Below, one piece after another: positions 18,146-26,368 of a stretch of DNA of 64,000 nucleotides. Source of the stretch: an uncultured virus (IMG/VR IMGVR_UViG_3300025853_000059) (lineage: Duplodnaviria > Heunggongvirae > Uroviricota > Caudoviricetes); the IMG/VR virus record IMGVR_UViG_3300025853_000059. One strand, given 5' to 3'. A program made the translations under genes and the position numbers. Below the pieces are notes generated by a model. The model worked only from the letters and a program-made list of their open reading frames with translations, was not told where the DNA came from and ran no database searches. Position 1 is the first letter of the stretch. Each line of letters starts with the position of its first letter.

Positions 18146-19059
18146 TATAATAATGTTTTAGATTGATCAACTCTATTCAAATGCATTACCATACAGGACA
18201 ACATAGCTCCTGATTTCATGTATTCTGAAAGGTTAAATATTACAGGTTCCATCCCAGCATCAGAACAAATTTTTTCTAATGACTCAATTTTATGTTTTTC
18301 GGCCTCATAATACTCATGTGAAGGTTTTAATTCAGCAATATTTGAAGCACATAAAATCATATTTCCTAATCTAACGGAATTTGTTATACCACAAAGAGCA
18401 TCTTCAGTATCAATAGGAATAATTTCAGTATAGCGTTCTAACATTGCTAACTCTTCATCATCGAATAGCTCCGTGGCTACTAATGTTTGATCGTTATTCA
18501 ACGGGAATATACTGCAATCTAAATGGTAAAGATATTCATCCGTCATTGCGACTTTGATAATTTCCATACCAAAGTTTTCCTCCATCCACTCGTAAGTTTT
18601 AATATTGGAACGAATACCATAACCCCCAATATAAACATTATCATATAAATGCTTGATATCAGCTTCACCTTCCCATTTATAAGGAGAGATGTGAGTTTCG
18701 TATCCCATTTGTTGGAAAAATTTCTCACCAACCAATTCTTCACCTTTTCTAGGATCTGAAGTAAAGTTTGATAATAAGATAACATTTCTATCTTTAATAT
18801 GAGGTAATTGTAAACCTAAATTAGCTATATAAACTTGATCTTGGAAATTACCTTCGGAGGGTAATAAATAAACAAGTGATTGGCCTGACATAAAGTTGTA
18901 CAGGTCCATAAATTGTTTGTATGCTTTAGGTCTGTTAATTTGGAGTTCTTCATCGCTTAATTCCTGCATCCAAATATTATTCGGATCTGATGTTGAGAGC
19001 GAGAACGGGAAATTCATTACATAACTTTGTAAGTGTAACTGTGATGGGGTTTCTTTCAT
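18145..19059 (-). CDS. Pentein-superfamily guanidino-modifying enzyme (amidinotransferase / arginine dihydrolase / DDAH-like)
   Basis: DQVYIAN, RKGEE, WEGEAD, GYGIRS, YHLDC, SEYMKSGAMLSCM (catalytic His and Cys present). Confidence 0.85.
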   Translation of the reverse strand: MKETPSQLHLQSYVMNFPFSLSTSDPNNIWMQELSDEELQINRPKAYKQFMDLYNFMSGQSLVYLLPSEGNFQDQVYIANLGLQLPHIKDRNVILLSNFTSDPRKGEELVGEKFFQQMGYETHISPYKWEGEADIKHLYDNVYIGGYGIRSNIKTYEWMEENFGMEIIKVAMTDEYLYHLDCSIFPLNNDQTLVATELFDDEELAMLERYTEIIPIDTEDALCGITNSVRLGNMILCASNIAELKPSHEYYEAEKHKIESLEKICSDAGMEPVIFNLSEYMKSGAMLSCMVMHLNRVDQSKTLL

Positions 19060-19121
19060 TTGTGTAACATTTTATTATTTACCTATACATATAGTAAGTA
19101 CCTAGGTAAGTAATAAAACTA

Positions 19122-19150
19122 GAAAAAAAAAGCCCCGCTTTCGCGGGGCT
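19122..19150 (-). terminator. Rho-independent terminator after major capsid gene
   Basis: AGCCCCGC-GAAA-GCGGGGCT followed by a T run on the minus strand. Confidence 0.92.
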
Positions 19151-19173
19151 TAATTTCTCTATTCTAGATTAGA

Positions 19174-20802
19174 TTAAAGGGTGTTCAAACCACTTACGAT
19201 AATCTTACCGTAGAATTCAGGACGAACCACTTTCTTAGCGTAGCGAGTCAAGAGACCTTTTCTCGGTACGAAAGTATCAGGATCGTAAACCATAGGAGTC
19301 ATGATTAATGGAATGTAAGGAGCGAATACCGCACCAGCTTCCAAGAACTGACCACCACGGAATCCCATTAAGATGGTATTTTCCTTCATGTATGGGTTTT
19401 TGTAAACAGTGTATCTGCTGTTGATAGCACCTGCTTTCTGTACACCAAAAGCGTAAGAAGCTTTAGTTACATCACCATCAGAGTTAGCAGCGTATCCAGG
19501 AATTGATTCCAAGATAGTTGCTACTGTTGGAGAACATACTAAGAAGTTAGCACCTCCACGAAGAGTTTTCTGGTGGATGATGTTGCTCAACTTTTGCATT
19601 TTAGTTCCTAAGGTTTGGAACCACTGACCTTGTGAGTTGTAGAAACCTAAGTTAGTGAAGGTACCATCACCCGTAGCAGAAGTAAATGCTTGGTTGTTGA
19701 TAGCAGACCAATACTCAGTTCCAGCAGCAGCAGAATCAATCAACATATCCATGATTTCTAAGTCAATTTCCAAAGAAATGTACTCACTCATGATTGAAGT
19801 TAATTCAGCTTCAGCATCTAAACTATGGTAAGCGTTCAAATCTTGAGCGAACTCAGGAGTCCAAACAGCTTTTAACTTACGAGTTTTAGCTACGATAGCT
19901 TCACTTCTCATCTGAACATTAATTTCAGGGATAGAGAATGAACCAGAGTTAAGAGCGTTAGGATTAGCGTTACCAGCTTCGAAATCACCTCTTTCTGAAT
20001 CAGTAGGTTGTAAAGAGTAAGTGATGGTTGTATCAGCCATAGAAGCACCAGAAGCAACTACTTCTGAACCAGTTATTACGAATACTAAGTTACCACCAGA
20101 AATTTTAGTGAATGCAGGTAAGTTATCACCAGCAACGATTGAACCTGATGTTAAAACGAAAGCACGTACTGCTTCAGGATCCAAATCAGGAAGTGAAGAA
20201 GTAGCTACACTCAACGTTTTGTAATCACCAGCAACAGCAGAAGCTGAGTAGTCAGAATCAAAATTAAGATCAGACCAAGTAGCAGAAGCTGTAGTCATAG
20301 TAACAACTGAAGTAGTGTTGTTGATTGAGTAACCGAAACGACCAGCACCGTAAGCACCACCTGTGTTAGTGTTACCGAAGTTTGCTGATGCGTCACCGTA
20401 CATTGAACCACCAGAAGTGAAAGGTGACTTAGTAGTTCCGTATTGGAAATCTAAATAGAATACAAGACCTGAAGGTAAGTTCATAGGCTGTACAGAAACG
20501 AATTCTTTAGCAGCGATTTGACCAAATACCTTACGTACCAATGGAAGAGCTACGCCCGCCCATTGAGCACCTGTACCTACATTAAATGAACCAGCACCAG
20601 CACCACCACCAGTGTTAGTTTCTTCCATTACCAATTGCTTGGCTTGGTTTTCAAGGATCATAGACATATTGTTTTTGTCAGTCTCGCTTCCAAGACCTTC
20701 CAACAAACCTGTCTTTTCCCATTTTCCGGCTAATCTAGCAGCATCGCTTTGCAATGACTTGTATGGATTAGCACTTTCTAAAAGAGATTGTAATTGTGAC
20801 AT
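19174..20802 (-). CDS. gp23: Major capsid protein (T4 gp23-like)
   Basis: VSVQPMNLPSGLVFYL, AKTRKLKAVWTPEFAQDLNAYHSLDAEAEL, FAPYIPL, TRYA. Confidence 0.96.
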   Translation of the reverse strand: MSQLQSLLESANPYKSLQSDAARLAGKWEKTGLLEGLGSETDKNNMSMILENQAKQLVMEETNTGGGAGAGSFNVGTGAQWAGVALPLVRKVFGQIAAKEFVSVQPMNLPSGLVFYLDFQYGTTKSPFTSGGSMYGDASANFGNTNTGGAYGAGRFGYSINNTTSVVTMTTASATWSDLNFDSDYSASAVAGDYKTLSVATSSLPDLDPEAVRAFVLTSGSIVAGDNLPAFTKISGGNLVFVITGSEVVASGASMADTTITYSLQPTDSERGDFEAGNANPNALNSGSFSIPEINVQMRSEAIVAKTRKLKAVWTPEFAQDLNAYHSLDAEAELTSIMSEYISLEIDLEIMDMLIDSAAAGTEYWSAINNQAFTSATGDGTFTNLGFYNSQGQWFQTLGTKMQKLSNIIHQKTLRGGANFLVCSPTVATILESIPGYAANSDGDVTKASYAFGVQKAGAINSRYTVYKNPYMKENTILMGFRGGQFLEAGAVFAPYIPLIMTPMVYDPDTFVPRKGLLTRYAKKVVRPEFYGKIIVSGLNTL

Positions 20803-20837
20803 CTTTTTTTTGTTTTAAGTGTTTTTGTTTTTTTAAA

Positions 20838-21947
20838 TTAAATAATTCCAGCTAACTTTTTAAATCTATTAACCATTTCATCTGATTCTACAATAGGTTG
20901 TTTAGCTTCTTTAACTAAACCAGTTGCTTTAGAAGCAGAACCGATAACGCCTTCGTTTACGGTCTTTTTAGCAGGAGCGAAATTCTCATTGATCGTTTCG
21001 AATACTACTTTTACTTCAGCCACAGTGTTGGCTTTGTCAAATGCGCCTAAAACTTTTGCCTTTTGAGACTCAGTCATGTTTTTAGACTTAAAGATTTTGT
21101 TTGAGTAAAGGAGTTTAGCGTTTAACAAATTGATTTCATTAAGTTCAGATTTCAATATAGCAATTGTTTCCAATGCTTCATCTAATTCTTCTTTAGCTTC
21201 AGCAAAAGTACCATCTTTGCGGATATAATTTCCGTCCCAATCCACACCAACAATTGGGTTTGAATCTTCTTTTGATACTGGGGCTTCTGCTTTTTTCTTT
21301 TTTAAGAAATCAAATAAACCTTCTTTCATTTCCTCTTTTTTACCTTCAGCGAGTTCAGTTTCTTCAGCGTCCATGTCCATTTCGATGTCCATTTCTTCTT
21401 CGTCACCTTCTTCGCCTTCTTCTTCGCCTTCCATGCCTTCACCAGCTTCTAATTCGCCAGCTTCAACCATATCAGCGATTACATCTTCGATGAATTTCTT
21501 CAGGTCGTCTTCGGACATATCTTCAAGGTCGATTTCTTCGTCTTCATCTTCGGATCCTTCACCTTCTTCTTCGGTTTCGGTTTCTTCAGCTTCAACTTCT
21601 TCTTCCTCTTTGATTTCCTCTTCGCCTTCAGACATTTCATCTTTTTCTAGCTCGGCTAAAATTTCATCTAAATCCATTTCTTCGTCTACATCAACATCTT
21701 CTTCGTTGATTGACTCATCCATTTCTTTTTCTGAATCTTTAGCTTCTGCTACTTCTTCTTTTGCTTCGTCCATCTCGTCATAGCCTTCTTCTACTTCATC
21801 CTTATCCATTTCCTCAAGTTTTTGAGCAAACATGGCTTGGAGTTGTGGAGAGAATGCTTCTTCAAGAGCGGCCTTAGCGTTTGCAATAGCTGATTCCTTA
21901 ACGGTTTTTGCATCAGCGATTGCTTCTTTCAAGAAATCTCTGTTCAT
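20838..21947 (-). CDS. Prohead scaffolding protein (gp22 equivalent)
   Basis: Highly acidic coiled coil directly upstream of capsid gene; many L/I-x-E sites; C-terminal RFKKLAGII. Confidence 0.8.
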   Translation of the reverse strand: MNRDFLKEAIADAKTVKESAIANAKAALEEAFSPQLQAMFAQKLEEMDKDEVEEGYDEMDEAKEEVAEAKDSEKEMDESINEEDVDVDEEMDLDEILAELEKDEMSEGEEEIKEEEEVEAEETETEEEGEGSEDEDEEIDLEDMSEDDLKKFIEDVIADMVEAGELEAGEGMEGEEEGEEGDEEEMDIEMDMDAEETELAEGKKEEMKEGLFDFLKKKKAEAPVSKEDSNPIVGVDWDGNYIRKDGTFAEAKEELDEALETIAILKSELNEINLLNAKLLYSNKIFKSKNMTESQKAKVLGAFDKANTVAEVKVVFETINENFAPAKKTVNEGVIGSASKATGLVKEAKQPIVESDEMVNRFKKLAGII

Positions 21948-21948
21948 T

Positions 21949-22056
21949 TTTCCTAAATTTGTTTGGGAAACTACGTTTATTTAAGAAACGTAATAGGGGG
22001 TTTTACATATAAATGTGATGCCATATAAGAGATGGCATATTGACAATAATACGTAT
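21949..22056 (-). promoter_or_regulatory. Structured 5' leader of scaffold/capsid operon (three hairpins; promoter variant ATACGTATT at 22048-22056)
   Basis: Inverted repeats at 22018-22038, 21972-21992 and 21949-21970. Confidence 0.55.
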
Positions 22057-22078
22057 ATGAAGATCTTTCAAAGTCGAA

Positions 22079-22106
22079 GAAAAGAAAAGCCCTCTTTCGA
22101 GGGCTT
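22079..22106 (-). terminator. Rho-independent terminator after ParB-like gene
   Basis: AAGCCCTC-GAAA-GAGGGCTT followed by TTCTTTT. Confidence 0.85.
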
Positions 22107-22159
22107 CAGTCTTAGGATACTATCCTAAGGGGGGTTATTTGCCTAAGGTAGCAGGCTTC

Positions 22160-23038
22160 TTAAATAATACCAGCTAACTTTTGCCAGCGTTTTGTTTCTT
22201 GTAAATTTTCTTTTACTGGTTCTTCTTTTTTACCCATACCCGATTTTGTTTCTGGGGCGAATGGTTCTTTAAAGTCAATTTCACCAGCTTTCATTTTAAC
22301 TAATACATTTTTTAAATCACCTTTTTTAGCATCAATCACAGGCATATCAACACGTGAAGGAGCATTTGGATGAATAGCTGTAGGTAATTTTTTAGCATTA
22401 GCAATAAGTGTAGCTTTACCTTTTTCAAAATCACCACCACCGATTTTAGCGATAATTGCTTTAATTTCTTCTGGTTTTTTCTCACTCATAGGCCATTGAT
22501 CTGTACCTTGAGAAACAAACGCATCAATTGCTTTTGGGATTAAAGCTGCAAATTGACCAACATCACCTTTACCAGGATTACCTTTTAAACCTTTAGCTTT
22601 AGTATAAATATTTAATGCAGTTACAACATCATCTGCGGGCATATCAACTTTAAACACCTTAACTGAAGCCCCAGGATTTAATAGTGTACGAGCTGCCCAT
22701 CTATGATGACCATCCATAATATAACCATCAGCTGAGGTAATAGCTTCCATGTTGTTAAGATCGGGGGTAGTACCTGTATCAGCAAATCCTAAAGCAAAAG
22801 ATAATGCTTTTTGTGGGATTACCTCTTTCTGCATTGGTTTCAAGCTACCAACAGCAACTGAAGTTTCACCAGCATTAGTAGCGTCATCTTTATCGTTTTT
22901 ATCTTTTTTACCAGCATCTACAGCTGCTTTAGCGGCTGCATCAGGAATTTGAGATAAAGGAATGGCTTTATTTTGACCAAAAGCATCTTCTCTTACAGTT
23001 TGTAATTTTTCTTCAACTATTTGTAAAATATTTTTCAT
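22160..23038 (-). CDS. ParB/sulfiredoxin-domain protein with scaffold-like C-terminal tag
   Basis: LKPMQKEV and GYIMDGHHRWAA motifs; ends RWQKLAGII. Confidence 0.75.
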   Translation of the reverse strand: MKNILQIVEEKLQTVREDAFGQNKAIPLSQIPDAAAKAAVDAGKKDKNDKDDATNAGETSVAVGSLKPMQKEVIPQKALSFALGFADTGTTPDLNNMEAITSADGYIMDGHHRWAARTLLNPGASVKVFKVDMPADDVVTALNIYTKAKGLKGNPGKGDVGQFAALIPKAIDAFVSQGTDQWPMSEKKPEEIKAIIAKIGGGDFEKGKATLIANAKKLPTAIHPNAPSRVDMPVIDAKKGDLKNVLVKMKAGEIDFKEPFAPETKSGMGKKEEPVKENLQETKRWQKLAGII

Positions 23039-23048
23039 TCTATATAAA

Positions 23049-23654
23049 TTAAATAAGTGAACATTGGCCGTTAGAACATAGAATTTCAGTTACAATAGAA
23101 TTAACTTTTGTATATTTGTTTTGGGTTGAGAAGTCTAATCCTTCTTTTACTAAATGCATATATGAGCCAGGGTTTGAAGGTGTTGATACGAAATCCCAAC
23201 ATAACAATTCAAAGTCATCTTGTACTTCCATTAATTCACCTACTTGTTTTAAGGAACCCATTCCTCTAGAAGATACTCCAACAGTTATACCACTATCAAT
23301 AAGCGCTTTAAGGATATTACCTGATGGAGTAGGCAAGATCTCAATCTTACCCATAACATTGTCATTGTCCCACCACATATCTTTAATATTGTGTGAAACG
23401 TTTTTTAAGTTAATTACTGAAGATTCTGGGTGGTCTAATTCTCCCATGGCTCTATTTTCTTTAACGAGCTCATTGTACTTGTCAATTTCTCTTTCCCATA
23501 AATCTTTAGAGTAGTAACGACCATTACCGTTTTTTACTTCGGCAGTCGCTAGAACACCCTCTACTATAGGGTTACCTCTTTCAGAAACCTTACCCTCTGT
23601 TAAGGATACAGGATTTACTTTAAAGAGTTGAGTTTCGATGAGTACTTTTTTCAT
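23049..23654 (-). CDS. gp21: Prohead protease (T4 gp21-like)
   Basis: NGNGRYY, GELDHP, VSH, GVSSRGMGS, DFVSTPS. Confidence 0.95.
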   Translation of the reverse strand: MKKVLIETQLFKVNPVSLTEGKVSERGNPIVEGVLATAEVKNGNGRYYSKDLWEREIDKYNELVKENRAMGELDHPESSVINLKNVSHNIKDMWWDNDNVMGKIEILPTPSGNILKALIDSGITVGVSSRGMGSLKQVGELMEVQDDFELLCWDFVSTPSNPGSYMHLVKEGLDFSTQNKYTKVNSIVTEILCSNGQCSLI

Positions 23655-23655
23655 C

Positions 23656-24672
23656 TTATTCTTCGGTTTGAGTTTCGTCTACTACTTCTTTTTTAGCGTA
23701 TTTTTTACCGCACATTTTTTCGTAAAGTGATTCCATTTTAGCTTTTTTCTTTTCAAGCTCTTTTACTTCACGTTGCATATCTTTCATTTTCTTTTTATCT
23801 ACCAATTCAGATAAATTTTCATCCTCGGTAACCATAGAAATTCTTTGATTTTTGCCTTCAATAATTTCGTCTAATGCTTCGATTTGCATTTCTAGAGTAG
23901 CAATTTTTCCGTTTTTCTCGATTTCAGCAAGTTTAGAATCAGTTGATTCTTTTTTCATCTTTTTCTTTTCGATTGCTTCACCTTTTTTAACTCCAGCTCC
24001 GTAAGCATCTTGTTCGCCTTTATCTTTGGCAGCAACATCTTTTGAACCTTTGTCATCACGTTGAAATTCAGAATAACCTTCTACGATGTCTAATAAATTA
24101 ATTCTACCTTCATTCATAGGGACCTTTTCCATTTTATCGGTCTTTGAAGCTTTTAACCCAGGCAATTCGTCAGTATAACCAACACCTTTTTCTCCAAATT
24201 GACCGTCTTTAACATAGTGTAATCTATCTTTAGCTAAATTTTTAGCTACGATTTCTTTTAACTCATCAACTGATTTATCTGCATTTTTAGGATCTTTCAT
24301 TTCAGTATAATATCCCTCTAAGAATGCTTCACCATAAACGTTATCTATGTTTTTAGGATCTTTATAATCAAAGTTTTTTTCTTCAAGATCAGTTACTTCT
24401 TTTGAAGTTTTCTTTTCTTCAGCTTTTGCTTCAACAAGATTATCATTAAAGATTTTAAACCAATCAGGATTAACAGGTTTAGGAGTTACAATACCCCAAA
24501 TATTTTCTGAAATGATGTGGTTATGTTTTAAGCTAGCAACTGTTTCGTTTAAAGTAGCAGCGTTACGAATAAGGTTCGGAAATTGTCTTTTTGCGTCTTT
24601 TACAAACACATCTGTATTTCCTTTACCCTCTTTAATCAAGTTGTACTGTTCTTGTAATGTTTTCTGTTTCAT
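23656..24672 (-). CDS. Putative prohead core / internal head protein
   Basis: Between portal and protease; charged, many L/I-x-E sites. Confidence 0.55.
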   Translation of the reverse strand: MKQKTLQEQYNLIKEGKGNTDVFVKDAKRQFPNLIRNAATLNETVASLKHNHIISENIWGIVTPKPVNPDWFKIFNDNLVEAKAEEKKTSKEVTDLEEKNFDYKDPKNIDNVYGEAFLEGYYTEMKDPKNADKSVDELKEIVAKNLAKDRLHYVKDGQFGEKGVGYTDELPGLKASKTDKMEKVPMNEGRINLLDIVEGYSEFQRDDKGSKDVAAKDKGEQDAYGAGVKKGEAIEKKKMKKESTDSKLAEIEKNGKIATLEMQIEALDEIIEGKNQRISMVTEDENLSELVDKKKMKDMQREVKELEKKKAKMESLYEKMCGKKYAKKEVVDETQTEE

Positions 24673-25484
24673 TATTCTGGGTTTTGTAGTAGGTCTTTAA
24701 TATCTTTAATATAGTCTAAAACTAAATCAGTTGGTTTAACCACAGCATATGAACTAGGGTTATCAGTGTAATACTGAACTGTTTCGTTTTTAGCATTACT
24801 CAACATCTTATAAATATTGTTAAGTTCTTGTTCAATTTGATCAAATGCAGCTATTCTTCTTTTTTGAAATGAATCTGAAGTTTCTGCTTCAAATAAATTT
24901 TTCACTTCTAAACCTGATCCTTTAATTTTATTTGGAACTAATTTATAGCCAAATTTTTTAGTATACATTCCTCCGTTAGCGTATTTTTCTTTTTTCTTAC
25001 CACTAAAAGCATTAGGTGTAGCATATTGAGCTCCTGTTCCAGAAGTAAATGTAGCAGCACCTGCTCCACCACCAGTTGTAGATACTTCTTCTAAAGTATT
25101 TTTAATTTGCTGGTATTGATCTGGGTAGGTTTTTCTAAGATGGGTTCTGTATTTGTTAAATACATCTTTTAATTCACCAGCTATATCTTTAAGATTTTGA
25201 TCATTTCGACCATCTTCGGTACCCATTAATTGTTGTAATGCTTTTACAGCAGTAGACATTTTCTTTAATGAATCCCCAAATGAAGCTAATTTAATAACTT
25301 TATGGCCTACAGACCCCGTTTCTGGGTTTATTTCGTCTGTTTTAAAATATGTTTTCAAATCATCAGAAAAGAAATCTGTGTCTTTTACAGGACCATATTT
25401 AGCTTCAATACGTTTAATTAAAGCAGGGTCAATATCCTTTGGTTTAAGGGTAACTTCTTTTAATGTGTACTTGTATTTAGCCAT
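24672..25484 (-). CDS. Putative prohead core / internal head protein
   Basis: Head module; LKE, LEE, LFE sites; QYATPNAF motif. Confidence 0.5.
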   Translation of the reverse strand: MAKYKYTLKEVTLKPKDIDPALIKRIEAKYGPVKDTDFFSDDLKTYFKTDEINPETGSVGHKVIKLASFGDSLKKMSTAVKALQQLMGTEDGRNDQNLKDIAGELKDVFNKYRTHLRKTYPDQYQQIKNTLEEVSTTGGGAGAATFTSGTGAQYATPNAFSGKKKEKYANGGMYTKKFGYKLVPNKIKGSGLEVKNLFEAETSDSFQKRRIAAFDQIEQELNNIYKMLSNAKNETVQYYTDNPSSYAVVKPTDLVLDYIKDIKDLLQNPE

Positions 25485-26334
25485 TTGCTATAGTAAGTTC
25501 ATCTAAAAGACTATGATATTGAAGTAAATCAACTAAATGATCACTTTTTACAGTACATCTTTTATCTAGTTCAACAATAAGTTTAGAAACTTCTTGCAAC
25601 TTAATTTTAACTGCTTTATCAGTTGTTTTCTTGATTTCAGTAGTTAATTTTCCTTGAATATATTTTACTTCAGAATTATAGAATTCTTTTAAATGAGAAG
25701 TTGAATCTACAGACTCAATAAATTCTTTAAGAATGTGTTTTTGTCTTGAACTTAAATCTGAGTATTTGTCGTTAAATTTCTCTAACATAATACGATAAGT
25801 TAAAGTTCTAAGATCTTTATCGTATGATTTAAACTCTTCAATTACATCATCTTTAACTTCTTTTCTTTTAACAGATGCTTGAGTTAAATGTTCTAAAAGA
25901 GTTACTTTATTATCAATAATTTGATTCGGGTCAGTTGCTTTTTCAGTAGCATATACCTCAAAAAGTGTATAAAGAGCAGCTTGTGCTTTATAATCATAAA
26001 GCTTTGTTCTAAACAAATCATCTACATTATAGTGCTCTTTAAGCTCTTTAATTAAATTATACTTTTCTTTTCTTAATTTAGTTCTATTAAGTTTTTGAGA
26101 TGCTTCAACTACAGTTGTAATAATGGCATTAGCTTTACCTTCACCAATATTTTTTGCTTTGAATACAGTCTCGTATAATTTATATTCTTTCCCTAACTCG
26201 GTATTAACGAAATATTTCTTTAGGATTTTAATGGCAGCGGAGTTACTGCCCGATAATGTATCAGCCGTAATTCGCTTTACCAATACCTCAAATAAAATAC
26301 CGGTATTCTTGAATTTGGAATGTTTTATATACAT
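25477..26334 (-). CDS. Conserved head-assembly protein downstream of portal
   Basis: KHSKFKNTGILFE N-terminus; ATG at 26334 preferred over TTG at 26337. Confidence 0.6.
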   Translation of the reverse strand: MYIKHSKFKNTGILFEVLVKRITADTLSGSNSAAIKILKKYFVNTELGKEYKLYETVFKAKNIGEGKANAIITTVVEASQKLNRTKLRKEKYNLIKELKEHYNVDDLFRTKLYDYKAQAALYTLFEVYATEKATDPNQIIDNKVTLLEHLTQASVKRKEVKDDVIEEFKSYDKDLRTLTYRIMLEKFNDKYSDLSSRQKHILKEFIESVDSTSHLKEFYNSEVKYIQGKLTTEIKKTTDKAVKIKLQEVSKLIVELDKRCTVKSDHLVDLLQYHSLLDELTIANG

Positions 26335-26349
26335 CAATAAATATTTTTT

Positions 26350-26358
26350 TATAAATAT
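26350..26358 (-). promoter_or_regulatory. ATATTTATA putative late promoter
   Basis: Exact intergenic motif upstream of start. Confidence 0.7.
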
Positions 26359-26368
26359 GTTAAAATTC

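Noticed and set aside
19075..19113. Imperfect inverted repeat around the ATATGTATA motif
   Set aside because: AT-rich and mismatched on the coding strand; likely chance
22141..22156. ToxI-like antitoxin mimic (UGCUACCUU)
   Set aside because: Only a short match from memory; pairing partner and tandem repeats are missing
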